Shown: one piece after another, positions 26,835-38,842 of the stretch
Numbering within the stretch: the first letter of the stretch is position 1
How the letters are laid out: every line of letters starts with the position of its first letter
Assembly: GCA_965112735.1 (NCBI GenBank)
Contig: OZ218952.1
Span: 3,348,001 to 3,412,000, forward strand
Reading direction: 5' to 3'
Length of the DNA stretch: 64,000 nt
Source of the DNA: Phaeosaccion multiseriatum
Lineage: Eukaryota > Protista > Ochrophyta, other classes
Notes under the pieces: generated by a model
What the model was told of the DNA's origin: nothing
The model's input: only the letters and a program-made list of their open reading frames with translations
Database searches by the model: none
Made by a program: the position numbers and the translations under genes

Positions 26835-29618
26835 ACAGGTCCTGACACCCTCTGTCCCGACACCCACACTCCCGACACATCTTGTGCTGACACCCACTGC
26901 CCTGGCAACCCCTGTCCTGACACCCACTATTGTTCTCATTGTTCTGCAGAACGCGTATCTGGGTGTGCAGCGCTGGACGCGTACGATGGACATTTTCAAG
27001 CTGAAATTCGTTTTCGTGCCCATTGTCGAGGACCTGCACTGGAGCATCGCCATACTGTGCAATCTCGACAGCGTGCAGGAGCTCGTGGAGGGAGGGGCTA
27101 TTCAGACAAAGACAAAGACAAAGGCCGCGGGTGGTGATGGTGATGGTGATGGAAGTGGAGGAGGAGGAGGAGGAGGAGGAGGAGGAGGAGGAGGAGGCGG
27201 AGGAGGAGGAGGAGGAGGAGGAGGAGGAGGAGGAGGAGGAGAAGGAGGAGGAGGAGGAGGAGGAGGAGGAGGAGGAGGAGGGAAGGTAGCAGCAGCAACA
27301 GCAGCAGCAGGAGGAGGGGGCGGAGGAGGGGGAGAGGCAGCAGCAACGGCAGGCGGTGATAATGGACCTTTGGAGAGAGGAAGCGGCCAGGAGGAAGGCG
27401 GGAGGGGCGGGCAAATGGGGTCACGGGTCGCGGAGATGCCTTGTGCAGCGGCATCAGCATCATCCTACGCGACAGGAGAGGAGCAACTATCATCGAGCAG
27501 GCCGGGGGGGGGTGCCGAGGGCGGCGGAGGGGGTTCTGTTCTTTCTCGGCCTTCGCCCGGAGAGAGGCAGCCGGGGAGCGCGAGTGAGCCAGAGGAGATT
27601 CGAGACTTTGGGGAAGAGGAGGAGGGCAAGAGCAACAGGAGGGAGGGCAGCAACAGCAGCAGCAAGGAGGGCAGCAACAGTAGCAATAGCAGCAGTGGGA
27701 AGGCAGGAGCAGGTGTAGCATTTGGTGATAAAGCGGCAGGCGTGTGGGCGGCAGCAGCGGGAAAGCGACCCTGCATCCTCTTTCTGGACAGTCTGCGCTG
27801 CCATCGGCCGGGGAGAGTGGGGCACTTCCTGCGCAAGTGAGTCAAGCGAGGGAACGAGCGGCGAGAGGGGGGGGGGGGGGATGAATAGGACCATTGCATG
27901 TGGCTGGGCTGGGGCAGGCTGGAACTCTCTCTCTTACGCTTGACGCTGTTTTGGTGATACATCGCCCGTCATCCTTTGCCATCTGTATTATCAGCGCGGT
28001 GCGTCTCTCTCAGCCACCCGACTGCCATCCCCGCCTGCCTACTTGCCTGCTTGCCTGCCTGCTCCCCCCCTTCATGTTGGTTTTCCATAATCATCATCAT
28101 CATCATCAACAACGTCACTGAATCATTATCCTCACCATCGTCATCGCCTGCCGTACCTCTTCCTATTACAATGTAAGGTACCTCGGCATGGAGTGGCAGC
28201 GGCTCCGAGGCGGGGGGGACGACCACCTCCTCCTGCTTGACACGAAGAATATGCCCCTCTTGCAGCCGCCAGCGCCCCTGCAGGACAACGGCTGCGACTG
28301 TGGCGTCTTCGTGCTAGAATACTGCGAGCACGTGAGTTAGGTTGGAGGGTCAGTTTGTTTGATTGCTTACTTTCCCTCGGGAGTATTTTTTGTACAGTAC
28401 CTTGTGTCAGGCAGTAAGTATCAGGCAGGCAGGTAGGCAGGCTGGACGGACTATGCCTTGGGCCTCTCCCTCCGGAGCACCGTATGAGCTGCTGCTGCTG
28501 CGGTGGAGACTTACCTAAGGAGGCTCTTTCTTTATCCCACTTGGAGTGGGGAGGAGCTTCTCTTTTCTTGGTGTGAGCCCTCGTGCTGCGGTTCACCTTT
28601 GTGGTTGGTCAATTGGCTAGCCCACAGGCAGCAGAAGGAGCCAATCCCTACCTCCTTCACGCCATCCCCCGGTCTCCCCCCCTCACCTCCTTCAAACTCC
28701 TTTTCTATCCTGCGTTCTTTCCTTCCTTCCCTCCCTCCCTTCTTTCTTCCCCTTCCCATTCTGCATCATGCATCGCACTTCCACCAGATCTTCACCAATT
28801 GGCCGACCATCAGTATCGCACAGAAGGGGAAGAATGTGATCAATGCGCACTCCTTCAGTGGTGAGGACGTGAAAGAGAAGCGAAGGAAGATCAGGAGACT
28901 CCTCATGACCTTCCCCGAGCGTGAGAAGGAGGTGATGGACAGAGAGAAGGATCTGGAGGCCCAGGAGAAGCTGCTACTCAAGAAGCAAAGGCTGGCGGCA
29001 AAGGCCAAGAGCAAGAGCAAGCAGCAGGAGAAGGGCGAGGAGGGAGGGGCGGGAGGGGAGAATACAGGCAAGGCAGGCCTGGCAGGGGGGGGAGGAGGGG
29101 AATCCCTACCTCCCGTCTCTGCAGGCTCTAGCGAGGAGGGGGTGAAGAGCGGCAGCAAGGAGACTCAAGAGACCGGAGCAGCACCACCACCAGCACCAGC
29201 ACCCGCAGCACCAGCACCACCACCACCAGCAGCAGCAGCAGCAGCAGCAGCAGGTGGGGGGGGGAAGGGCGACGAGGAAGACGACGGGGAGACGGAGGAG
29301 GACGAGAGACCACCGATAAAGTGGAGAGATCCAAAGCAGGCTGGGAAGGGAAGGCAAGGAGGTGGTGAAGATGAGAAGAGCCCGACGGAGGACCGTAGCG
29401 AGGAGGAGGACAAGGAAGGCGAAGAAGATGGAGAAGAGGACGTAAGCACCCAGCTGGAGGAGGAGGAGGAAGAGGAGGGGGGGGAGGAGGTGCAACAGGA
29501 GAAGGGGTCCTCGGCCATCGAGCATGGAGCCGCTTCGGCAAGTGAAGAGGCATTGTCCGGTCATGGGGAGAAGAAGTCGGCAGAGCAAGGCGGGGAGGAG
29601 GGAAACACAAACGCGTAA
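21150..29618 (+). CDS. Ulp1/C48-family SUMO protease, Ulp2/SENP6-7-like (split catalytic domain, long disordered N- and C-termini)
   Basis: VFTYP..ISITNGDMRRTLPGEFLNDNLVDLYLK; HFFSSHFFTKL; VQRWTRTMDIFKLKFVFVPIVEDLHWSIAILCN (catalytic His); PCILFLDSL (Asp); PLQDNGCDCGVFVLEYCE (Gln/Cys). N-terminal exon structure is approximate. Confidence 0.9.
22187..22290. repeat. (TTG)n microsatellite, intronic
   Basis: Directly visible. Confidence 0.95.
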
Positions 29619-30085
29619 TGGAAGTGCTTTGTTTGGCCTTGCCTTATTTACAGTATCGCTGCTCCAAAAAAAGAAAAAATGTTTGCCTGTCCTTGCCGCC
29701 TCGCCCCCCCAGAGTGTGGCTTCCCTCTGACCGCCTCGCCCCTCCACAGGGAGGCTTCCCTCTGACCGCCTCCGCCGTTACAAGAACAGCGCTACAGTGT
29801 GCTATGCTGTCCCTCGCTGCCCGTGAGGTGCCATCCCCTGTCCTCCAGAGCGCCGCAAGTACACTACCTCTCCCCTCCCCCTCCCCTTTTTTTCTCCTTG
29901 TGCTGTGAGCCGCTATTGTATACGTATGTACATACTCCCCCCCTCCGTGTGTGCCAACCAATGCATCAGTGTCATCAATGCTCGATGCTCCCTCGGCCTC
30001 AGGTAGCAGCTCAGCATTGCTCCCTAAGCGGGCAGCAGGTGGCCGCTCGTGGCCCTCCTTAGATGACAGCTGAGGCCCTCCTTAC

Positions 30086-33000
30086 TTAGGTGGCGGCAGG
30101 GGTGGTCCAGTCCTTGGGAGTGGGGCCTTCGTCGAACACGATCTCGCGGTGATGGCTCCACACGTTCTGGATAGCCTATGAGGGGCAGGAATATGGGCAG
30201 GCAGGCAGGCAGGCAGGCAGGCAGGCCGGCAGGTGGCAGGCGGGCGGGCAGTAGGAAGTCAGGGGAGATGAAAGGGTTGGGTTGGACGCTGAGTGTCGGG
30301 TTCCTAATCACACGCACCCACACACACGCTCACGCATCCACACAGCACAACACAGAAACATGGAAAACAAACCTCTCTGGTGCCGATGCCCGCTCCCCTC
30401 GGGTCTCCGCCCGGGCCGAAGAAGTGGTTCTGCGGCGCACCAGTGGTCCTGCACGAACGCGCACACGCACACACACAGACACATACACAAATACACGCAC
30501 ACGCACACACGCACACACACGGACACATTCACAAATACACGGTAACACACACGCACACACGCACAAACACACGCACACACGCACACGCACACGCACACGC
30601 ACACGCACACGCACACACAAACGCACATACACACAGCACATATGGCATGGAGGAGACGAGTCGAGGCCTTAGAGGGGATGGGAAGAAGTGAGAGTGAGGC
30701 GTGTTATTTTCTGCTCTGACTCATGCCCCCTTTGCCTTAACCGTACCACTGCCCTTACTTACCCCGACCCTGACCCGTACGTAAGACCCTTTTACCCTTA
30801 CGTGAATACCCTCACCCTTACGTATGCGCCCTTGCCCTTACCTGGCCCTCATTCCGCAGTAAGTTGTGCCGTTAACGGTGTTGCCAAGGACCTGAAGCTT
30901 CGTCTTGAGATCGTTGGTCACCAGCGCCGCCGCTGAGAGGGGGCAGAGAAGAGGCAAGGCAATCGAAGGAAAGGGCAAGAACAAAGGAAGGGGGAGTGAG
31001 TTGGGTGACCTAGACACAGCCAGAGGATGCCACCAACACACATTTCATACTGAGGTGCCGTCTATCCTCGACACTGTACACATGCCACACACACATTGCC
31101 TGACTTACTGAGGTGGTGGTCCATCCTCTCGCATGCCTCAATGACCAGCGCCAATTGTGAGTCCTCCCACTTGGTGATGACTTGCAGGGGGCCGAAGATC
31201 TCCGTCGTGCACAGGGCAAAGGTCTCTTTAGAGCGGAGCATCTCCTCCAAGGGCACGAACACAGCGGTGGGGTGCCACGCCCTGCGAGAGGCAGAGGGAG
31301 GGAGGGAGGGAGGGAGGGAGGGAGGGAGGGAGGGAGGGAGGGAGGGAGGGAGGGAGGGAGGGAGGGGGGGAGGGAGGGAGGGAGGGAGGGAGGGAGGGAG
31401 GGAGGGAGGGAGGGAGGGAGGGAGGGAGGGAGGGAGGGAGGGAGGGAGGGAGGGAGGGAGGGAGGGAGGGAGGGAGGGAGGGAGGGAGGGAGGGAGGGAG
31501 GGAGGGAGGGAGGGAGGGAGGGAGGGAGGGAGGGAGGGAGGGAGGGAGGGAGGGAGGGAGGGAGGGAGGGAGGGAGGGAGGGAGGGAGGGAGGGAGGGAG
31601 GGAGGGAGGGGAGGAGGGAGGGGAGGAGGGTAGGGGTTGAATAGGTGATAGCGGGGTATACGCGCTATCAACAGGGTCACATTCACTCCCTCACTTCCCT
31701 ACTTCCCTATCCTGAAACTCATCCCTCTCTCCTTCCCTCACTGTATGTCTTGACACTCCCTCCCTCCCCCCCTTCTCTCACTTCCTCGCTGCCTGTCCTG
31801 GCACTCTGTATATCTCACTCACCCGTACACCTTGGGGATGGTTTCCGCGCCGCTGTCCTGCAGAGGCTTGCCCCCGAAGAGCAGCTTGGCTCCAGGCAGG
31901 GCCAGCAGGGCTTCCACATGCTTCATTGCTCTCTCCGTGGTCACAGTGAGGATGGGGCCTACAGTGAGATCAGTCAGCTTGCGGCGCTTGGCCAGCTCCT
32001 GGGAGGATGGCACCAAATGGGTGAGGCATGCAGACAGAGAAGAGAAGTAGGTAAGAGAGGTAGAGGTCTTTGGATTGTTGCAGGTGCAGGTGTCTGACTA
32101 GTGTGTGCCTTGCCAGATATACTCATGTACCTCGAGTCTGTTGACGAGGCCCATCGCGTCCCAATTGGCGTGCATGAAGAGGATGCTCTGCGCCGAGCAC
32201 TTCTGTCCACTGAGAGGGAAGAGTGGGGCCGGGGAGGGGAGGGGCAGGGGCGCGCAAGTGGGTCGATCGCGCTGCTGGCAATGGGTGAATAGGTGGGTCG
32301 GATAGAACTGAGCATCACACTCCTCATTCCTCATTGTACTTCCAGCCATGCCGTCACTGTATCACCAACAGCTGTACCACCAACCTGTAGGCGTACGCGT
32401 CTGTGTCGCTTTGGACAGCAACGTACTCGAAGAGCTAGGAAGGTTCACCGCACAGAGATGTAGAGCCCATCGAATCGCCATGTAGAGCAAGAGCGGGGAA
32501 GGAGGGGCCATGGTAAGTACACTTCAATTCAGAGCATCGATACGCAATCACAACCCACACTCCGCTCCTCTCCCCCTCCCCTCCTCCCTCACCTCCCGCG
32601 AGGCATCAAGCGCGAGGATCTCCCAATCAAGCCCTCACACCTCACCTCTCACACCGTATCCCTCCCCACCCCTCACACCGCATCCCTCCCCACCTCTCAC
32701 ACCTCGTCCCATCACCACCCCTCACAACCCCTCACTTCTCAAGCACCCCCCCTCCTCCCCTCCTCCCCTCCTCCCCTCCTCCCCTCCTCCCCTCCTCCCT
32801 CACCTCCTGCGAGGCATCAGGTCCGAGGATCTTCCAATCGAAGCCCGCGTCTTCGATCTTGACTTTTCCGTGAAGCTTGTCGCAGAGGATCTCGGCCACT
32901 CGGCTGGAGCCCGTGAACTGAGTCATACGCGGCTTGGCTGCTTCCAGGATGCTGATTGATGGGAAATGTATGTATCACCAGGGGCACGCACACACGCACG

Positions 33001-35824
33001 TACACAAACACACATATATTATGAATACATACATGTATTGTACGCTCGAGTGAGAGGCAAGCGCACGTGGCTCAGAGGCAATAGAAAAGTACTGCACAGG
33101 AAGGCAAGATCAACTGTGGCTGGCCAACACACTGTACTCTCTTGTTTAGGTTTCGTCCAAATCACCAAGTCCAAGTCCTGACTGCCTCACTCACCTGCCC
33201 ATGACGGGCCCGTCTGTGTTGATGAAGTCGAGGTCCTTGGGAGGCAGGCCGCAGTGCAGCAGCAGGCGGATGAACTGCTCCATCACCACCGACACTCGAG
33301 AGTCGCCCTTGAACAGCACCTTGTTGCCCATGAAGAGCGCGCCCATCAGCTGCCATCACCCAACAAGGAGGCAGACGATACGAGACAACCGCAAAAGAAG
33401 CGAGAGAAGTAAGGGGCGAGAATGTTCTTAGCGCCAACTCATCATTCACTCCCTCCCTCGATATCTCTATCTTCCTCTCTCACTGTCACTCCCTTATGCA
33501 CTCAGTCACTCACTCACTCCCTCACTTCCCCCCTCTCTACCTCACTACCTCCCTCTCTCCCTCACACTCACATTCACACTCTCTCACTCACTCACCTTCC
33601 CTCACCCTCCCTCTCCCCCTCTCTCCCTTCCTTCGTCCCTCTCTCACCTACTCCCTCACCACCTCACTCCCTCACCCTCCCTCTCCCTCTCCCTCCCTCT
33701 GTACCTCCCACCCGCCCTCCCTCCCCCCCTCCCTCTTCCCTCCCTCCCTCACCCTCCCTTTCTCTCTCTCCCTCTCTCCCTCCCTCCCCCCCTCCCTCCC
33801 TCCCTCCCTCCATCCATCCATCCATCCATCCATCCATCCATCCATCCATCCATCCATCCATCCATCCATCCTTCCTTCCCTCCCTCCCTCCATCCATCCA
33901 TCCATCCATCCCTCCCTCCCTCCATCCCTCCATCCCTCCATCCCTCCCTCCATCCATCCATCCATCCATCCATCCATCCATCCATCCATCCATCCATCCA
34001 TCCATCCATCCATCCATCCATCCATCCATCCCTCCCTCCCTCCCTCCCTCCCTCCCTCCCTCCCTCCCTCCCTCCCTCCCTCCCTCCCTCCCTCCCTCCC
34101 TCCCTCCCTCCCTCCCTCCCTCCCTCCCTCCCTCCCTCCCTCCCTCCCTCCCTCCCTCCCTCCCTCCCTCCCTCCCTCCCTCCCTCCCTCCCTCCCTCCC
34201 TCCCTACCTCCCCCCCTCCCTCCCTCCCCTCCTCCCTCCCTCACCTGCAACACGGGTATCTCGATGGGGAAGTTGAAGGGCGCCACGATGGCAGTGGGTC
34301 CGTAGGGCCAGCGGTAGCCCTTGGTCTCTTGCCCTAAGTGGTCCCCGGAGACGCCGAAGGATTGGGCCAGGAAGCGGACCTGTTGGGTAAGGGAAAGGAA
34401 TATTCGAAGGGACGCACCGAGCGAGGGAGTAGAGGAAGGGGGGGTGGGAAAGCAGGGGTTGGGGTGAAGTGGTGGAGTGGGGAAGGGGATGGAGGGAGTG
34501 GCGGAGTGGGCAAAGGATTGGGTGTAGTGTGTGTGATACGTGGAGAGCATGAGAAGATGAGGGAGCGAACAAGGGAGAAAGCGAGACAGGTCTTCACAAA
34601 GCAGCAGGGGGAAACAGCAATATCCTACGGCAGCAATAGGAAAACAAACTCGTCCTCTGATCCCATTCACCGCCCCCCCCCCGCCCCCTCCTTCCTCCCA
34701 TACACACAGCCGCACATCTTTGCTTATACCTGGTCTCCGGAAAAGTTCTCGAGGAAACGGCGCGTGACCACCACCTCCCCCTTGGCCTGTGCATAGCTCT
34801 TGGGGGCCACCCTCTGCACCAGGAGAGAGAAGAACTCTTCCACCTTAGGGTCGCGCATCACCGAGGCCACCTCTGCCGACAGCAGGCCGTAGGCGGTGTA
34901 ACGCTCGGGGTTCTTGAAGGGGTTGTGTAGCCCCGACTTGGGGCAGGACTGGAGGCTGCGGATGAAGGGCTCACCCTCGGCCAGGGAGGTGTCAGCCACC
35001 TGTTGGGGGGGTGGAGAGGTGAGGGATGAATGACGTTGCTTGTGATTGTTGGTGCCCAAACGGTCCCCTTTTAGTCCATTGTCGATTCCACATCACTACG
35101 ATGACCTCACCCGCGCCAGCGAATGAAACGATTGAACACTTACGCGAATGAAGGCATCTCCATTGAGCGGGTCCGGCAGCTGAACGTAGTCGTTGGTGCC
35201 TGCCCACGCACCGTCCACTGTGATCACGGCAGCCACGGCCAGCAGCAGGAAGAGTCGCCGGAGCAGTACATAGGGAGAAAGAAGGAAAGGAAGAGTGGAT
35301 GAGAGAGAAGAAGACAAAAAAAGCATGCCTCAGCCACAAGAAATAATCTAGTCCACTCACCGAAGTTATCCACTTGGTGGGGCGCCTTCCCCGAGAGGGT
35401 GCGCGGGTCCACTTCAGAGTCGGCATCCGTAGTAGCGGAACAAGGGGGCGGGAGGGGTGGGGGGGGGGGGTGGTTGCGTTGAGAAACGGGTAGGCCTTGA
35501 AGCCTTGGAGCGGGGAACAAAGTGGATGAAGAGAGATGCGGTTCGTGCGGAGCACAAAGCCTCAGAGCGCGGTCTTTGGCGAGCGAGAAACACTGCCCGT
35601 AGATTGAAGCAGGGCTTATTTTTTTTGAGCGAGAAGCCCCCTTTGGCCCCTGTAGTCTCCTTCTCGCATGAACAAGGGAGACGGCAACTTGAAGGCGGAG
35701 TAGTATTACCTGTGGCCCATGCGGCGAGCGTAGACATTCTTCTCAGAGCTAGAGAGCGAAGCACGGCAGGTGTTGCTACCGGCGATAACCGTCGAAGTTG
35801 GGTAAGTCTCGCTGTGGTCAACAT
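30086..35824 (-). CDS. ALDH12A1: Delta-1-pyrroline-5-carboxylate dehydrogenase, ALDH12 (plant/algal-type P5CDH), mitochondrial, ~14 exons
   Basis: Arg/Ser/Leu-rich presequence. Motifs include [94 protein letters not shown] (catalytic Cys), [30 protein letters not shown] and [10 protein letters not shown]. All junction phases I checked are consistent. Confidence 0.95.
31295..31630. repeat. (GGGA)n tract, i.e. (TCCC)n at the 3' end of a P5CDH intron
   Basis: Directly visible, ~330 bp. Confidence 0.95.
33700..34240. repeat. (CCCT)n/(CCAT)n compound tract, i.e. (GGGA)n/(GGAT)n at the 5' end of a P5CDH intron
   Basis: Directly visible. Confidence 0.95.
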
Positions 35825-35912
35825 ATATTATTGTGAAGAGGGTGAGGCAGTAATCAATAATTGAAGAAGAGAAACGGATGGCACTGGACGAAGCCCTTGT
35901 GGATCATTCCCT

Positions 35913-36762
35913 ATGAAGAGCCCTAACAACCACAGCGCAAGTTCCTCAAGGGCCTGCCACCGTGGATGGGCCTTGCTGATACTCCATGGCCACGTCAGCC
36001 GCCCAGAGGCCCTCCACATCCCACAAGGTGGGCGCTGGCTACCAGGTGCATTTGGGCCGTGCTATAAGCCCCTCCTGCCCTTTGTGATCATGGCCTCCAT
36101 GTACAGTGAGGCCTGCATCATGGGCCCTGAGCCCTACCTGCTGGAAGAACTTTTCCCTGGTGACGACAAGGAGGAAGAGTATCAGTCAGAAGCTGCCACA
36201 GAGGAGGGAGGGGGGACGGCAAGGCAGGACAACCCAGCCGAGGAGGAGAAGCAGAGGCAAGAGACGGACGGCAGCCGATGAACAGGGGAGAGGCGAAGAA
36301 AGAGGAGAGGACTCACGGTCCACCACAAGCACAGGCATAGGCACAGGCAAGGATGGCGACTGCAATGACGGTGACACCCCCTCGGAAGTGGAGGACCCAC
36401 CCGATGACAGCGGCAGCGAGGGAGGGGAGGCAGGCAACCGGTATCACCGGGAGTGCGGAGTGAGCTTGCGGCACATGAGGGCGACGGGGGTCAGAGGGGC
36501 GCAGAAGCACTACGCCGCCCTCCTCAACCAAGCGAATCGACACCGCTACACTGAGGGGCTCAACAACAAGCCAATGGACCCGAAGCAGCGCGAGTCCCAC
36601 CAAGCCCAGCACTGTAACCAGCGGCCGAAGGGCGCAGGTACATGGCTCCACCTCAAGCCAATGCGCCCAGGGGGAGTACACCACCTGACCACGCCGGAGA
36701 TGAGGAGTGCGGTGCTGAGACTAGGAGCGAATCGGAACACGAGGTACTCCAGGCCCTGCCCC
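35913..36762 (+). mobile_element. Decayed fragment of a CRE/SLACS-like (RLE-type) non-LTR retrotransposon C-terminal region
   Basis: ORF 36106-36852 contains QKHYAALL...KGAGTWLHLKP....LTTPEMRSAVLRLG...PCPK. This resembles the 'Q..L...GAGAWLxxxP...L...EFRxALxxRLG...CxxC' segment between the RT and the zinc knuckle/RLE of CRE-clade elements. It is cut off at the CxxC position by the PPR fragment. Confidence 0.5.
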
Positions 36763-37540
36763 AAGCACTCGCTCCAGAGGTACTCAGCTACAGCTCCACT
36801 ATTAGCGCATGCGCCAGGGCCAGCCAACACGTGGAGGCATTGGGTTTACTGAGGGAGATGAAGGCAGAAGGACTCGCTTCAGACGTAATCAGCTACAACG
36901 CCACCATTGACGCATGCGCCAGGGCCAACCAACACGTGGAGGCAATTGTTTTTCTGAGGGAAATGAAGGCACAAGGACTCACTCCCGATGCAATCAGCTA
37001 CAGCGCCACCATTGACGCATGTGCCAAGGCCAGCCAACACGTGGAGGCAATGCGTTTACTGAGGGAGATGAAGGCAGAAGGACTCGCTCCCGACGTAATC
37101 AGCTACAGCTCCACCATTGACGCATGTGCCAAGGCCAGCCAACACGTGGAGGCAATGCGTTTACTGAGGGAGATGAAGGCAGAAGGACTCGCTCCCGACG
37201 TAATCAGCTACAGCTCCACCATTGACGCATGTGCCAAGGCCAGCCAACACGTGGAGGCATTGCGTTTACTGAGGGAGATGAAGGCAGAAGGACTCGCTCC
37301 CGACGTAATCAGCTACAGCTCCACCATTGACGCATGCGCCAAGGCCAGCCAACACGTGGAGGCATTGGGTTTACTGAGGGAGATGAAGGCAGAAGGACTC
37401 GCGCCGGATGAAATTAGTTACAGCTCCACCATTAACGCATGCGCCAAGGCCAGCCAACACGTGGAGGCATTGGGTTTACTGAGGGAGATGGAAGGCAGAA
37501 GGACTGACTCCCAATGCAATCAGCTACAACTCCACCATTA
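36762..37540 (+). pseudogene. Truncated PPR array (~7.3 repeats of 105 bp), paralogous to the 41429-43945 gene
   Basis: Same repeat consensus (VISYSSTIDACAKASQHVEALGLLREMKAEGLAPD). It lacks the N-terminal cap and the Smr domain, has a +1 insertion at ~37491 (gagatgGaaggcag), and ends abruptly mid-repeat. Confidence 0.85.
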
Positions 37541-37549
37541 TTATATGAA

Positions 37550-37630
37550 GTACAGCATAAGGCGCTTGGCCAAGGCCTGGCCCTGCAGAGATCACCCACT
37601 GTACTCGAACGAGGTCCATTACGCGCAGGA
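37550..37630 (+). repeat. Dispersed ~80-bp element, copy A (homologous to 44744-44824, - strand)
   Basis: taaggcgcttggccaaggcctggccctgcagagatcacccactgtactcgaacgaggtccatt aligns with the reverse complement taaggcgcttggcggtggcctggccct-cagaggtcactcactctactcgaatgaggtccatt. Confidence 0.85.
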
Positions 37631-37827
37631 CTCTGGCGGGAGCATGGGAGGGGGTCGACTGAGGGAGAGATAAACAAAAAACCGCTCCTGAAGCTGTATC
37701 ACTCTCCCGTTCATATACATATTATTGTGGTATCTCTCCACTTTTTATTTTATACATATATACACGCTGGCTTTCAGATAGGCTCTCAGAGGAGAGGCGG
37801 AGAGAAGAAGCAAAAACCCCTACCCAT

Positions 37828-38060
37828 ACGATAGATAGACAATACAATGTACCGACGAACACACGATAGATAGACAATACAATGTACCGACGAACACAAG
37901 ATAGATAGACAATACAATTGTACCGACGAACACACGATAGATAGACAATACAATTGTACCGACGAACACACGATAGATAGACAATACAATTGTACCGACG
38001 AACACACGATAGATAGACAGTACAATTGTACCGACAATACAATTGTACCGACGAACGCAC
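37828..38060. repeat. 35-36-bp minisatellite ACGATAGATAGACAATACAATTGTACCGACGAACAC, ~6 copies
   Basis: Head-to-tail copies with no spacers. The later copies carry the palindrome TACAATTGTA. Confidence 0.95.
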
Positions 38061-38171
38061 GTCACGCGCCTGGAGCTCAGATGCACCGCTGAGTGGCCCA
38101 AGGAAAAGGACACCCTGAGCCTCGTGACGGGTCTCGCGCCTCTACTCCTGCCCACTCCTACCTCCTCCTGT

Positions 38172-38797
38172 CTAGTTCCGGCGGTTCGATCTAGCCAGAA
38201 TGTCGAGGATGAAGAGGAAGAGATTGATAATATCGAGGTAGAGCGTGATGGCCCCCAAAATCACCTCATCCGTCTCGAGCTTCTCCAGAATCAGTGAAGT
38301 GTCGTACAGAATGTAACCGCAGAATATCTGTGGGGAGGTGTGAGGGGGGTTGCAGCAAGGAAGGGACGACGAGGATGGAGAAAGAATCCCATACCAGTGG
38401 GTGGTTGGGAATGGCCATGGAGGCGGGGACGAGAGCGGGGGGGGGCGAGAGGAGAGAGGAGAGAGAAGGGAGAAGAGAGAGGAGGTCAGAGCTGCTGCCA
38501 GTAGCACAGGTAGGTAGGAAAGTAGGTAAGTAGGCAGGAAGGAAAGGAGGAGGGGGGGGGGGCATGAACGACTACGTGAGTGAGTCGGTGTGAGGAAACA
38601 GGGGAAGGCTGAGTGAGAGGCGTCAGGGAAGCATTTGTGCACACTCCGTTCGGCCCGTTTGGTTCCTTCGAGCGAGTAGTACTCACTGAACACACAAGGA
38701 ATCATTCACACAAGGAGGAGGAGGGGGCTCATCTCCACACACAAAACACACGCACACACACACACCCATACACACAACACACACACGCACACGCACA

Positions 38798-38842
<45 letters not shown>

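Noticed and set aside
31096-34305. ORFs of REGG/PPSL/MDGW repeats, and similar HT/CV/poly-E ORFs throughout
   Set aside because: Translations of intronic microsatellites.
37828-38060. CRISPR array (36-bp partly palindromic repeats)
   Set aside because: Repeats are directly adjacent with no unique spacers, there are no cas genes, and the context is eukaryotic.
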